From Patescibacteria group bacterium (lineage in GTDB: Bacteria; Patescibacteriota; Microgenomatia; UBA8517), in the NCBI GenBank assembly GCA_025999275.1, contig AP024680.1, forward strand, positions 556,522 to 620,521: a stretch of DNA of 64,000 bases, in the 5' to 3' direction. The notes beneath the pieces are model-generated. The model did no database searches. It was not told where the DNA came from and saw nothing but the letters and a program-made list of their open reading frames with translations. The translations under genes and the position numbers were made by a program. Positions within the stretch are counted from its first letter, which is position 1; each line of letters opens with the position of its first letter. Positions 36,896 to 46,585 of this stretch are shown piece by piece.

Positions 36896-37258
36896 ATGAA
36901 ATCTCCAAAAGATCCAAGGCATCAAAAAAGAAGAGAAATTGTAAAACTTATATTTGCTGAAGAATTTGCCCACCAACAAAATATTAACAAAATTGTTAAA
37001 GAGATTCTTGACAAAAAAGAAGAAATTGATAAATTGATTAGCGAGGGAGCACCTCTATGGCCAATCGAAAAGCTCAATAAAATAGATTTGGCTATTTTAA
37101 GATTGGCTGTATGGGAGTTATTAAAAAAAGACGCCCCGCCAAAAGTAATAATAGACGAGGCCATTGAACTTGCTAAGGAGTTTGGAAGCGAAAATTCTCC
37201 CGCTTTTGTAAATGGTGTTCTTGGTTTCATATATCAAAAGTTAGAAAATAAAAATTAA
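36896..37258 (+). CDS. nusB: transcription antitermination factor NusB
   Basis: RREIVKLIF.., [49 protein letters not shown] matches NusB conserved blocks. Confidence 0.85.
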   Translation: MKSPKDPRHQKRREIVKLIFAEEFAHQQNINKIVKEILDKKEEIDKLISEGAPLWPIEKLNKIDLAILRLAVWELLKKDAPPKVIIDEAIELAKEFGSENSPAFVNGVLGFIYQKLENKN

Positions 37259-37260
37259 CT

Positions 37261-37518
37261 ATGGAAAAGGATGACAAAAAATTTAAAAAATACTTAGAAA
37301 TAACTAGAAAGGTTCTTTCCCAAATATTGGGAACAGACTCTGTTGATATCCAACTTGAAGATTCGTTCACTGAAGATCTTCACATGGGGCCTACCGAAAT
37401 TGCCGATTTCATTCAACTAATGAACGACAATGGTTTTAGCTTAGATGATCTTGATCTTGAGGAGATAGATACTGTAGAAGAATTTGTCGATTATCTTGTT
37501 AACAATGAAGAAGTTTGA
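37261..37518 (+). CDS. acyl carrier protein-like protein lacking the conserved phosphopantetheine-attachment serine
   Basis: 85 aa, acidic. FTEDLHMGPTEIADFIQLMNDNGF aligns with the ACP [23 protein letters not shown] block, with Pro in place of the DSL Ser. Sits in the conserved acpP-rnc position. Confidence 0.45.
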   Translation: MEKDDKKFKKYLEITRKVLSQILGTDSVDIQLEDSFTEDLHMGPTEIADFIQLMNDNGFSLDDLDLEEIDTVEEFVDYLVNNEEV

Positions 37519-38179
37519 AGATTTTAAATTAATAAAAGATAATTTCAAAAATCCTAAAATCATAGAGGAGGCTTTAACACACCGTTCTTGGGTAAATGAA
37601 CACCCTGGTATAAGAGACAATAATGAAAGATTAGAATTTCTAGGAGACGCCATACTTGAATTTGTAGTCTCAAAAGAGCTGTTTCTAAAGTTTCCATCTA
37701 AAAAGGAAGGTTTTCTAACCACACTAAGAGCCAACCTTGTTAACACTTCAAGTCTAGCTCAAACTGCAAATAGTTTAGGTTTAGGTAAAGAATTATTTCT
37801 GTCCAAAGGAGAAGAAGAAACAGGGGGAAGAAAAAACCCTTCTCTTTTGGCCAATACATTAGAGGCCATTATAGGAGCATTATTTATTGATCAAGGTCTC
37901 TCAAAAGCCGAAGAATTTATACAAAAAAATATACTCAACAAAACCAAAGAAATGATAAAACAACCACTAAAAGACCCCAAAAGCAGGCTTCAGGAAAAAA
38001 TCCAGGCACAAGGATTGCCAGCACCAAAATACACTGTAATTAAAGAATCAGGTCCCGACCATCAAAAAACATTTGTAGTTAAAGCAACAATTAACGGTAA
38101 AGATCTAGCCCAAGGAAAAGGGAGAAGTAAATCTGAAGCTGAACAAAACGCAGCTAAAGAAGCGCTAAAGGGGTTGTAA
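37505..38179 (+). CDS. rnc: ribonuclease III. Start taken at ATG 37505 (MKKFEDFKL), overlapping the upstream gene by 14 nt.
   Basis: RNase III signature ALTHRSW..NERLEFLGDAILEFVVS. C-terminal dsRBD (KDPKSRLQEKIQAQGLPAPKYTV...GKGRSKSEAEQNAAKEAL). Confidence 0.9.
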   Translation: MKKFEDFKLIKDNFKNPKIIEEALTHRSWVNEHPGIRDNNERLEFLGDAILEFVVSKELFLKFPSKKEGFLTTLRANLVNTSSLAQTANSLGLGKELFLSKGEEETGGRKNPSLLANTLEAIIGALFIDQGLSKAEEFIQKNILNKTKEMIKQPLKDPKSRLQEKIQAQGLPAPKYTVIKESGPDHQKTFVVKATINGKDLAQGKGRSKSEAEQNAAKEALKGL

Positions 38180-38211
38180 TAATAAACCAAATAGATTAAA
38201 ATTAAAGCCTT

Positions 38212-38433
38212 ATGATTAAAATCAGACTTTCAAGAGTAGGAAAAAACAACAACCCATTTTATAGAATTGTTGCTATAGAAGAAACCAAAAAGAGAGAGGG
38301 AAAAGCTAATAATGTAATAGGGTTCTGGAACCCAAAAGAAAATAAAATTGAAATTAATAAAGAAAAACTCGATAAGTGGTTAAAAATGGGAGCTGTTTTA
38401 AATCAATCAGTTAAAAAATTGCTCGAAATTTAA
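38212..38433 (+). CDS. rpsP: 30S ribosomal protein S16
   Basis: MIKIRLSRVGKNNNPFYRIVAIEETKKREGKANNVIGFWNP. Confidence 0.85.
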   Translation: MIKIRLSRVGKNNNPFYRIVAIEETKKREGKANNVIGFWNPKENKIEINKEKLDKWLKMGAVLNQSVKKLLEI

Positions 38434-38438
38434 TTATT

Positions 38439-38669
38439 ATGGAAGAATTGCTTAAATTCATAATTTCTTCTATCCTACCAGGTAAGGAAATTCCTATAAC
38501 CAAAGAGGAAACCGAAGATGGCTTAATTACTTTTCTAGTTAAACCCAAAGAAGAAGACGCTGGAATTCTAATAGGAAAAGATGGTAAAGTTATTAAAGCA
38601 ATCAGTCAAATCTTAAAAATAAAAGCTACTTTAAACAAGAAAAAAGTAATCATAAAAGTCGTTTCATAA
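38439..38669 (+). CDS. KH-domain RNA-binding protein (KhpA/YlqC-like)
   Basis: 76 aa, GILIGKDGKVIKAISQILK KH motif. Conserved position after rpsP. Confidence 0.65.
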   Translation: MEELLKFIISSILPGKEIPITKEETEDGLITFLVKPKEEDAGILIGKDGKVIKAISQILKIKATLNKKKVIIKVVS

Positions 38670-38683
38670 AACACTAAATTCCC

Positions 38684-39400
38684 CTAAAGAGCTGAAGAGA
38701 ATGGATTATCCCTTTGGAAAGGTCCGTTGGGAGAAGGATTTGAGACTTCTGGCTTTTTGAAATTTCCTAAATCGATTAATAAGTTTCGTTCTGAATCAGT
38801 AATCTTTTGAATTGGAGAATCTGTCTGAATCTTAGCTGCAAAGGGACTCCAAAAAGAATTAATTGTTATTTCAGCTAAAACAACATCACCTTCTGGAGAA
38901 AAACTCAATTTACTTACAGACATAAGCGGCAAGGTGTTCTCCACCTCCTTTAAGAAAGAAATTATTTGATCAAAGTTACCAACTACGCTTAAATTAAAAC
39001 TTGAAGTATTCACCACCGTTTTATCATCCCCTTCTGCACCAACCCTAACACTATATTCATCAAGTGGTAGAAGGTAAAAATTAAGAAGTAATCTTAATTG
39101 AGAAAAAGACAGTAAAACCGGATTTTCTTCAGGTAAAGCAATACTTACTGGATCATAGAAAATACCTACAATTTCAGATTTGGCCCTTAAAAGCTCCTTT
39201 TCTTTATCAGCCAAAATTGCCTCTTTTGCCTTAATATCAGCCAGGGTATTTCTTTGTTCTGAAATTTTAGAAAGACCAACTTTAATTACTGTTCCAAAAA
39301 GAAAAATAATAATTAAGAAATACAAAGATGGAAAAAGCGAAGAAGTTCTTCTTAAATTAGATAAATTTGTTACAACATCATTCTCTTTAATCTTTATCAT
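38684..39400 (-). CDS. pilO: type IV pilus assembly protein PilO-like (bitopic, coiled coil)
   Basis: N-terminal TM (LFPSLYFLIIIFLFGTVIKV), coiled-coil segment, periplasmic domain. Third gene of the pilM-pilN operon. Confidence 0.5.
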   Translation of the reverse strand: MIKIKENDVVTNLSNLRRTSSLFPSLYFLIIIFLFGTVIKVGLSKISEQRNTLADIKAKEAILADKEKELLRAKSEIVGIFYDPVSIALPEENPVLLSFSQLRLLLNFYLLPLDEYSVRVGAEGDDKTVVNTSSFNLSVVGNFDQIISFLKEVENTLPLMSVSKLSFSPEGDVVLAEITINSFWSPFAAKIQTDSPIQKITDSERNLLIDLGNFKKPEVSNPSPNGPFQRDNPFSSAL

Positions 39401-39403
39401 ATT

Positions 39404-39925
39404 TTATTCAAGTTTTACTTCCAATTGATAACCTTTTTGAGGAGTAAATCCTAAAGAATTAATAACCCCCTTTTCATAAGATTTAATTTCTTGAATAGCT
39501 GAAAGCAGTCTTTCTAAATCAGAGTATGTTAAAACTGTTGCTGAAAATAAAAACTTACCTTGGTTAAATTCAACATCATCAAGGCTAACCCCATTAACTG
39601 ATTTTAGAATTGTATTAAACTCTTCTAGTCTTTCTACTAACTGTCTTGATTGTAATATCTCACTTGATTTGCGCACTCTATCCTTAATAAAGACATACTG
39701 AGATTCAACTTGAGAAAGAGCCTTTATCTTATTTCTATACTCTTCTTGCCGAGCCTTAGCCTGATTAATAGCATTTTGGTTCAAAACAATTAACGCCACG
39801 AAAACAAGAGTGATAATGAAAAATAATACTGTTACCACCAGATTTATACTCCTAAAAGCTTGTTCAAAGCTATACCAGCTAATTTTTTGTGACTTACCAG
39901 AAGGATAAAGGTTTATTTCAGCCAT
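39404..39925 (-). CDS. pilN: type IV pilus assembly protein PilN-like
   Basis: N-terminal INLYP motif, single TM, coiled coil. Directly follows pilM. Confidence 0.55.
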   Translation of the reverse strand: MAEINLYPSGKSQKISWYSFEQAFRSINLVVTVLFFIITLVFVALIVLNQNAINQAKARQEEYRNKIKALSQVESQYVFIKDRVRKSSEILQSRQLVERLEEFNTILKSVNGVSLDDVEFNQGKFLFSATVLTYSDLERLLSAIQEIKSYEKGVINSLGFTPQKGYQLEVKLE

Positions 39926-39926
39926 T

Positions 39927-40949
39927 TTATTTACCCCCTCTCAACGCTAATCCAATTGACACACCATATAGATGCATGTAATCAATTACACTTTTTTGCA
40001 AATCCCCCGGAACCTCTACTCTCAAGAAAGGATTACCCACCAAAACTTCCAAATCAAGTTCTTTTGTAAAATAGGGCATTAGATCCGGCAAACCAGCCAA
40101 CCCCCCTGAAATAATTATTTGCTTAGGCTTTTCCTCCGTAGAATTTTCAGAAATAAAGTATTGAATAGCCTTTTTAATCTCATCTAATAACGACCGCATT
40201 ACAGGTTCCATAGCATGCCTTACTTTTCCCTCAAGCAAGGTGGGCGAAAAGCCATAGGCTTTTTTATACTGTTCAGCCTGGGTGGCATCTATTCTTAATT
40301 CCTGAACTATTGCTCGATTTAACGCATCTCCTCCTATTGGAATAGAACGAGAAAACCACAAATCACCCATCTTGGTAACACCAATATCACTTGAGGCTGC
40401 TCCCAAATTAACAATAACTGAAAGCTCTGTTTGGGAAGCTAAAGATCGAGCAAGAGATAAAAGTTCATTTTCCACTGCTATTACATTTAAACCTGCAAGT
40501 TGGGATAAAAGAACATATTTTTCAACTAAAGATCTGCGAGCAGCCACTAAAAGAACTTTTACCCGTGGAGGGTTTGACTTCTCGTCCCTTAAAACAATCT
40601 GGTACTGCATGACTGCTTCTTCAAGAGGAATCGGTACATATTGGTCCGCCTCCCATTTTAAAGCGGCATCGATCTCCTGATCACTTAAAAGAGGAAAAGT
40701 AACAAGTTTTACAAAAGCAAAACGTTCAGGTAAAGAAATAATAACTTCACGACTTGATATCTTGGCTTCATTAAAGAGCTTTTTAATAATATCCGCCAAA
40801 GGAACTAGTTCTTTTTCTTCTTTTACATTTTCAATCACAATACCAGAATATCCTACAACCCCAGACCCTCTTAAATACCATTTATTTTGCTTTTTCTCAA
40901 GCTCAACAACCTTAATAGATTTAGAACCAATATCAAGTCCTACGCTCAT
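39927..40949 (-). CDS. pilM: type IV pilus assembly protein PilM (actin-like ATPase fold)
   Basis: MSVGLDIGSKSIKVVELEKK... and GGDALNRAI actin/FtsA-like phosphate motifs. 340 aa. Confidence 0.8.
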   Translation of the reverse strand: MSVGLDIGSKSIKVVELEKKQNKWYLRGSGVVGYSGIVIENVKEEKELVPLADIIKKLFNEAKISSREVIISLPERFAFVKLVTFPLLSDQEIDAALKWEADQYVPIPLEEAVMQYQIVLRDEKSNPPRVKVLLVAARRSLVEKYVLLSQLAGLNVIAVENELLSLARSLASQTELSVIVNLGAASSDIGVTKMGDLWFSRSIPIGGDALNRAIVQELRIDATQAEQYKKAYGFSPTLLEGKVRHAMEPVMRSLLDEIKKAIQYFISENSTEEKPKQIIISGGLAGLPDLMPYFTKELDLEVLVGNPFLRVEVPGDLQKSVIDYMHLYGVSIGLALRGGK

Positions 40950-40954
40950 AAAAA

Positions 40955-41818
40955 TTACTGTTTTGAAAGATCCCCAGAACTAACTAAACCAGCTTCAAAT
41001 ACACTCAAGGGAGTACGATAATAATCAGCTACTTCAACTTGTCTTACTGTACCACCAGAATAACCACGAGAAACCAAAAGCTTTCCCTGAGAAGGAAGAA
41101 CACCTCCTTGAACATTCACTCCAAGTCCAGAAGAATAACCGTATAAAACCCTAATAACAGCAAAAAGAGGTCTGGTAAGATCAGAAATGTTAATGCTCCC
41201 AGAAGAAAAAGAATAGCCATTTTGACCCCCAGAGGCAGCTGTAAAACCGTTAACAGCACGCCTCGAAGAAATGGGGTCGAAAGCAAATCGCTTAACCCTT
41301 ATGCCACTAAAATTTGGAGTAGAAGCAATGGCTCCACTCAAACCCAAAGTATCATAATAAACAACAACTTCAACAGCGGTATTATTACCATTCCAAAACA
41401 CAGTAAAACTACTTCCATTAAAACAAATTTTGTTTGTACAAGTAAGTCTCAAGCCATCATCGGTGTGGGAAACAAACCAAACAGTTGCCGTATCCCCATT
41501 GTTATAATTGTCACTAAAACTAAAAAAATTTCCTCCCTCATCCAAAGTATAAGACTGGGCAGATTCTATAAATGCATCATTTCCTAATTGTTCACCTGAT
41601 ATATTAGTCTCTCCAATTAATAACCTTTCTATACCAGCTTCTGCTGCAGAAAAAGCTTTAGAAGAGTTTTCCTCAACCTCACTAATTGAAACGTCTGTTA
41701 CAGATCTAGACACAACCGAAAGAACAATTGTCAAAACAACAGCCATTCCCAAAATTACAAGAAGTACAGCTTGACCTGAAGACTTTTTCAAGAACTTATA
41801 ACTGGCAGTATGTTTCAT
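40955..41818 (-). CDS. PilX-N domain pilus-associated protein
   Basis: SGQAVLLVILGMAVVLTIVLSVVSRS...AFSAAEAGIERLL matches the PilX N-terminal pattern (hydrophobic helix then AAEAG). Confidence 0.5.
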   Translation of the reverse strand: MKHTASYKFLKKSSGQAVLLVILGMAVVLTIVLSVVSRSVTDVSISEVEENSSKAFSAAEAGIERLLIGETNISGEQLGNDAFIESAQSYTLDEGGNFFSFSDNYNNGDTATVWFVSHTDDGLRLTCTNKICFNGSSFTVFWNGNNTAVEVVVYYDTLGLSGAIASTPNFSGIRVKRFAFDPISSRRAVNGFTAASGGQNGYSFSSGSINISDLTRPLFAVIRVLYGYSSGLGVNVQGGVLPSQGKLLVSRGYSGGTVRQVEVADYYRTPLSVFEAGLVSSGDLSKQ

Positions 41819-41865
41819 AAATCTAAACCAGTTTATGACTAAAAAATAAACAAGTCAAGTACTTC

Positions 41866-42360
41866 TCACTTCAAGTAATTCCTCAAAAAAATTCTGGATG
41901 AGACGGTAGCAACATCCGACTCAACCCCACTAGTACCTAAACTACTAGCAGTCAGATTGATAACAACAACTCCGTTAGAAACCAAAGAACTACAATCAAA
42001 ACCACAGTTACTAAGATTAATATTCGCTCCAGTTAGATCAGAGCCATTCATAACAAGATTATTTGAATTACAACTCAAATTCACAGAAATACCATTTTGA
42101 TCAGTAAAAGATAATCTAGGAGATTGATTTTGAGGATCCAAACAAGATACGGAATTGTTTTTTGCCTCTCTTAAAGACCTTTCAACAATAGAAACAGCAT
42201 TCTCAAGTTCAGACCTTACCTTCATAGAAGATTCACTTTTTCTTACTCCTTTCATAGAGGTGCCAACCAGATTCCCAACCAAAACTGCTATTCCAGCAAA
42301 AAGGCCTGTTACTACCAGCATCTCAATTAAAGTAAATCCCCATATTTTAACTGTTTTCAT
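41866..42360 (-). CDS. minor pilin with prepilin-type N-terminal cleavage/methylation domain
   Basis: GFTLIEMLVVTGLFAGIAVL class III signal with E+5. Confidence 0.6.
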   Translation of the reverse strand: MKTVKIWGFTLIEMLVVTGLFAGIAVLVGNLVGTSMKGVRKSESSMKVRSELENAVSIVERSLREAKNNSVSCLDPQNQSPRLSFTDQNGISVNLSCNSNNLVMNGSDLTGANINLSNCGFDCSSLVSNGVVVINLTASSLGTSGVESDVATVSSRIFLRNYLK

Positions 42361-42361
42361 A

Positions 42362-42832
42362 TTATTCGGTCAATGAAAAAATAGACTCAACTTTTGTTAT
42401 ATGATTCCCAGCACTATCACTCCATGTAACCACAACTGTTGCCTTAATCTTAGGTTTCTGACCCACTCCTAGATCATATTTATAAAGCATCAATTCTCGT
42501 TTAAAAACACCACCTAAAGAATAGCTCGAGCAACTACCAGGGCTATCAAAGTTTAAGCTGTTTAAACAAAAGTCTATATTATTAAGATTGGTGTCAGCTC
42601 TATAATTTAGAATATTATACCAATTATCCCTTTTATATGCCCTTAACCACTCCATTGCCTCTTCAACGTACCTTTTTGCCATTGTTTGCCTTTTGGCAAA
42701 ATAGGCTGCCTTAATTGAAAGTGCCGAAAGGCCAACAACAGCAACTATTATTATCACTATTAAAGCTAAAGCTACAAGAAGCTCTACTAAAGATTGGCCT
42801 TTATCACCCTTAGATTTTTTAAATCTTTTCAT
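42362..42832 (-). CDS. minor pilin/pseudopilin-like
   Basis: KGQSLVELLVALALIVIIIVAVVGL prepilin-like N-terminus with Gly-1 and Glu+5. Confidence 0.5.
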   Translation of the reverse strand: MKRFKKSKGDKGQSLVELLVALALIVIIIVAVVGLSALSIKAAYFAKRQTMAKRYVEEAMEWLRAYKRDNWYNILNYRADTNLNNIDFCLNSLNFDSPGSCSSYSLGGVFKRELMLYKYDLGVGQKPKIKATVVVTWSDSAGNHITKVESIFSLTE

Positions 42833-42835
42833 TAT

Positions 42836-43339
42836 CTAATTAGTATATGTCATACTTATCTTACCAGAAGTTGAAACCGTAATATTAATATAAGGATTTA
42901 ATGTTCCAGACCTTAAAATTCTAAAAGAGACACCACCATCAGCACCTCCTGTCACAGCCCTGAAAACAATGCTCACAGAAGAATCAGCAATCTCAAAACC
43001 ATTTGGCATACTCCTATTAATAACACTTGTATAATAATTAACACCAGACAAGCGGCAAACACGCCTTATGCTGTAAGAAGTTGCACTATTAAGATAAAAA
43101 TTATAACCGTAAAAATAACCTTGGCTACCACAATACGCATCCTTTCCAGACATAGCATAACTTTGAGCAAGTCTTAGATCTCCTTCAACTTGCCTGGCAG
43201 CAGCCCATAAAGCTTGTTTTTGTGAATAAGCGCGGAAATTAGCATAACCAAGGCCAACCAAAATAGAAATAACCAAAATTGAAACAAGAAGCTCAATTAA
43301 TGTAAAACCTGAATTTTTAAAGGCAGATTTTGACTCCAT
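42836..43339 (-). CDS. minor pilin (GspH/FimT-like)
   Basis: SGFTLIELLVSILVISILVGL prepilin signal. Confidence 0.6.
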   Translation of the reverse strand: MESKSAFKNSGFTLIELLVSILVISILVGLGYANFRAYSQKQALWAAARQVEGDLRLAQSYAMSGKDAYCGSQGYFYGYNFYLNSATSYSIRRVCRLSGVNYYTSVINRSMPNGFEIADSSVSIVFRAVTGGADGGVSFRILRSGTLNPYINITVSTSGKISMTYTN

Positions 43340-43354
43340 ATAAACATAATAATT

Positions 43355-43804
43355 TCAAGGATTCGTAACTTTGTAATTACAACCTATACCACAGTTGCCT
43401 CCGCAACCACTTACAGCTGCTCCACCACCTTCCAGAGAGGCGCAAAGAGCATAAGTATTACAATTTCCAGAAGGAGAACAAGTGTAAGTATAAAATCTAG
43501 AAGGGGAAAGTGGGTCGGAAGGATTCGAAGCTATATAACTCGAAAGTGGTAGGGAAGAAGCATTAAAATCAGAAATACTGGGATATCTGCCATTATCAGC
43601 CTTATACATCTCAAGGGCAGAGCGAATAGATTCTAAATCTGACTTTCTTTTTGCGTCTCTTGAACTCTTACGCGCATTTTGGATACCAAAAAGGGAGAGG
43701 GAGATTAAAATTCCAATTATAGAAATAACCACAAGAAGTTCAATTAAAGTGAAACCTAATTTTTTTGTAAAAAACATTCTTTGATAAAAAAATCTCCTTG
43801 CCAT
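43355..43804 (-). CDS. type IV pilin paralogue, Cys-rich C-terminus. The internal Met at MFFTKKLG gives a typical short leader.
   Basis: LGFTLIELLVVISIIGIL plus conserved core SRDAKRKSDLESIRSALEMY..GRYP. Eight Cys in the last 45 aa. Confidence 0.7.
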   Translation of the reverse strand: MARRFFYQRMFFTKKLGFTLIELLVVISIIGILISLSLFGIQNARKSSRDAKRKSDLESIRSALEMYKADNGRYPSISDFNASSLPLSSYIASNPSDPLSPSRFYTYTCSPSGNCNTYALCASLEGGGAAVSGCGGNCGIGCNYKVTNP

Positions 43805-43810
43805 AAGCTA

Positions 43811-44251
43811 TCACAAAGGACATGTTCCACTCGTTGGAGCAGAACTTGTTTCCCCAGACTTGCCAGTTGAACAAACCACCCAATACGGCCCAGTACTATA
43901 AGCTTCTATCTGCGCCCAAAGAACATACTCAGAACCATTCGTGGATCTTCTATAACCATAGGGGTATGTTGAATCATCAGGACAATTTGTTATGCTCAAA
44001 GCACTACAAAGATTAGACATGCCTGTACCTGAGATAGAAGGGTAAACTCCAGCGGTAATATTAGCATAATTCTCAAGAGCAGCTTGATATTGCCTTAAAT
44101 CAGACTTTCTTCTCGTATCCCGCGCTTGTTTTTGCGAACGAGAATAAGAAACCAAAGCCAAAGAAGCAAGAATACCAATAATAGAGATAACCACCAAAAG
44201 TTCAATCAAGGTAAAACCTATCTTGTCATAATTGATATATCTTATCCTCAT
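43811..44251 (-). CDS. type IV pilin paralogue
   Basis: IGFTLIELLVVISIIGILASL plus core ARDTRRKSDLRQYQAALENY..GVYP. Confidence 0.7.
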   Translation of the reverse strand: MRIRYINYDKIGFTLIELLVVISIIGILASLALVSYSRSQKQARDTRRKSDLRQYQAALENYANITAGVYPSISGTGMSNLCSALSITNCPDDSTYPYGYRRSTNGSEYVLWAQIEAYSTGPYWVVCSTGKSGETSSAPTSGTCPL

Positions 44252-44262
44252 ATTAAACTAAA

Positions 44263-44772
44263 TCAAGGCTTAACCTCGTAAACACAACCGTCAACACCCG
44301 ATAACCAAGAGCAAGTTGCACCAGTCTTACACTTATCATCTGCTTTGTTTTCAAGGCAAGCCGAGAGAGTATAGTCTTCATTTGAAATCCGGACATAATT
44401 ATAACTTCTTGCTGAGCCCTGTGGGTCTTTAGGAAGAACATTCATATAAACAACATTGCTACTACCGGCAGAAAAAGTTCCCCCCCAAGTGCAGACACTG
44501 TTTCCACTTGTACCACAACCCATAATGCTCCCACCACTAGAATTAGGATATCTGCCATAATCATTATAATAAGTCCTTAAAGCAGTCTGAATATTCCTTA
44601 AATCAGATTTCCTTTGAGCATCGCGAGCTCTTTGGCGAGTTGCATTGTAATTGGCAACAAGAAGTGTAGCTAGAATCCCAATAATAGAAATTACTACAAG
44701 AAGTTCAATTAAAGTAAAACCAAATACTTGGAAGTTTATTCTTTTATCTGATTGAGCAGGAAAATTAAGCAT
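44263..44772 (-). CDS. type IV pilin paralogue
   Basis: FGFTLIELLVVISIIGILATL plus core ARDAQRKSDLRNIQTALRTYYNDYGRYP. Confidence 0.7.
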   Translation of the reverse strand: MLNFPAQSDKRINFQVFGFTLIELLVVISIIGILATLLVANYNATRQRARDAQRKSDLRNIQTALRTYYNDYGRYPNSSGGSIMGCGTSGNSVCTWGGTFSAGSSNVVYMNVLPKDPQGSARSYNYVRISNEDYTLSACLENKADDKCKTGATCSWLSGVDGCVYEVKP

Positions 44773-44797
44773 AATTTAATTATACAACAATTTATTT

Positions 44798-45355
44798 TTA
44801 CAAAGCATCCTTAGGTGTAACATTAGCACTTGTAATTGCAAAATTACAAGAACCATTACAATTATTACCCACAGGTACGCCAGTAGCAGAACAATCAGAG
44901 TTTATGCAATTCTGATCCTTATCGTTTTCAAGGTGGGCAAAAAGCCTAAACGACTGGCCATTGGAAACATAATAGTAAGAAAAACCTCCTGGATCTTTAG
45001 GCAAAGACTTAAAATAAAGAACATCCCTATCAGCATCCCTAAATTCACTGTTGTAATCTGGAGCCCCCCATTGACAAATACTTGGAGTTGTACTGCTATA
45101 GTATGGACAACCCAAGATCTTACCATTATAAGAAGATGGATAAAATCCTTTATCAGAATAAAACATCTCCAAAGCATTTGCAATTTGCTTTAAATCAGAT
45201 TTCCGTTTTGCATCACGAGACCTCATTTGAGAAGACCTAAAACTACTCAAGGCAATGGTTGAAAGGATTCCCAAAATAGTTATAGCTACCAGAAGCTCTA
45301 TAAGAGTAAATCCTAAACCATTCTTCCTTAAAAAATTAAAAATGGGCATAATCAA
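44798..45355 (-). CDS. type IV pilin paralogue
   Basis: LGFTLIELLVAITILGILS plus core SRDAKRKSDLKQIANALEMFYSDKGFYP. Confidence 0.7.
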   Translation of the reverse strand: MIMPIFNFLRKNGLGFTLIELLVAITILGILSTIALSSFRSSQMRSRDAKRKSDLKQIANALEMFYSDKGFYPSSYNGKILGCPYYSSTTPSICQWGAPDYNSEFRDADRDVLYFKSLPKDPGGFSYYYVSNGQSFRLFAHLENDKDQNCINSDCSATGVPVGNNCNGSCNFAITSANVTPKDAL

Positions 45356-45374
45356 TTAATTTATATTAGCGAGA

Positions 45375-45932
45375 TCATCTTACTATTTCAACCCCATTAC
45401 TTCTTGCTGCGTTACAAAATACTATTCCACACTTAATTTTTTGCAAAAGAATATTCTTATTGTAATCCGGCATTCTTCTAGTTTCATAACTCACATAAAC
45501 ATAATACTTGCCATCCTTAAATTCATACCTATAACTATAACCCTTATCAGATAGGGGATCTTGGGGGATTATTTCAAGAAAAGCTGGATAATTACCGTCT
45601 AAAGCATCACGCAAAGCATCCTTTCCCCAATCGCAAGGCACCAAATTCACCAACTTATCCCTCACTGCACCAGGTTCCCTTACTCCCAATCCATTTTGAT
45701 CTTTCAAAACCTTAGTATCTTCACCAGCACAAGCAATTATTCGACCGTCATCAGATACTTCAGGATAATAACCAAAAGCTTGCCGGTAGGCTTCTAAAGC
45801 CTGCGCCACTAGGCTAATATCAGCATTCCTTTTTACATCCCTTTCTCTTTTTTTCGCCTCAGAAAAGCCATAAAAAGAAACAACTAATACCAACAGGAAA
45901 ACCAAAAAAACTCTTAATGATTCTTTAATCAT
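45375..45932 (-). CDS. pilin-like paralogue lacking a canonical prepilin cleavage motif. Start placed at an internal Met; the ORF track runs to 45986.
   Basis: Retains the family core KRERDVKRNADISLVAQALEAYRQAFGYYP and a hydrophobic helix (LRVFLVFLLVLVV), but has no G-F-T-L-I-E. Confidence 0.4.
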   Translation of the reverse strand: MIKESLRVFLVFLLVLVVSFYGFSEAKKRERDVKRNADISLVAQALEAYRQAFGYYPEVSDDGRIIACAGEDTKVLKDQNGLGVREPGAVRDKLVNLVPCDWGKDALRDALDGNYPAFLEIIPQDPLSDKGYSYRYEFKDGKYYVYVSYETRRMPDYNKNILLQKIKCGIVFCNAARSNGVEIVR

Positions 45933-46585
45933 CACTGGCATTGATTTATAGAATTTCCGTTCCCGTCTATACACAAACCACGACAATCGCTTTGGGAAAA
46001 GTTTGGCTGACAGACCGGTATCTTAGTATAAGGATCAATAGAGATAGGTTGGCACACGCCAGAGAAACAGCCATAATAAGTACCAGTAGCATCAGGTGGA
46101 ACATTTGGATTACCCGACTTAAAAGGATCTGGAGCAGAAGGGGTAGTCACATAGTAATTAAAACCATAGCTTTGACTAGGACCGCAACCGTTCTCACAAC
46201 CTAATTCTTTTATCTTTGGATCACCTATGTATTCTAAATTGGTAAATATCCATGCCCACTTTGCGCAAACAGAACTAGGATCAGCATAATAAACATAATC
46301 AGTTTTTGTATGAGGATCACATGGAATCGCTGATATATAAGATTTTAAAATCCCAGCATCAGCACCCCTGCAAGATGGTAAGTAAGGGGGATAACAATTA
46401 TTGTCCTTCTCATATTCCTCAAGCGCTATCTTAATCCTATCAAGATCTGACTTTCTTCTTGCGTCATAGCCTTTACTAATCTGACTTTTAAATACAAAGA
46501 TAGAAATTACTACCATTAAAGACAAAAATGCTATAACTATCAAAACTTCAATCATCGTAAATGCTAAAAAAATATTTTTCCTCAT
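45932..46585 (-). CDS. Cys-rich pilin paralogue with variant leader (AFTMIEVLIV). ATG overlaps the pilD stop (ATGA).
   Basis: Core GYDARRKSDLDRIKIALEEYEKDNNCYP. 14 Cys in the C-terminal 150 aa. Confidence 0.55.
   Translation of the reverse strand: MRKNIFLAFTMIEVLIVIAFLSLMVVISIFVFKSQISKGYDARRKSDLDRIKIALEEYEKDNNCYPPYLPSCRGADAGILKSYISAIPCDPHTKTDYVYYADPSSVCAKWAWIFTNLEYIGDPKIKELGCENGCGPSQSYGFNYYVTTPSAPDPFKSGNPNVPPDATGTYYGCFSGVCQPISIDPYTKIPVCQPNFSQSDCRGLCIDGNGNSINQCQ

Noticed and set aside
36922-37230. 102-aa minus-strand ORF
   Set aside because: Antisense to nusB. Shadow ORF.
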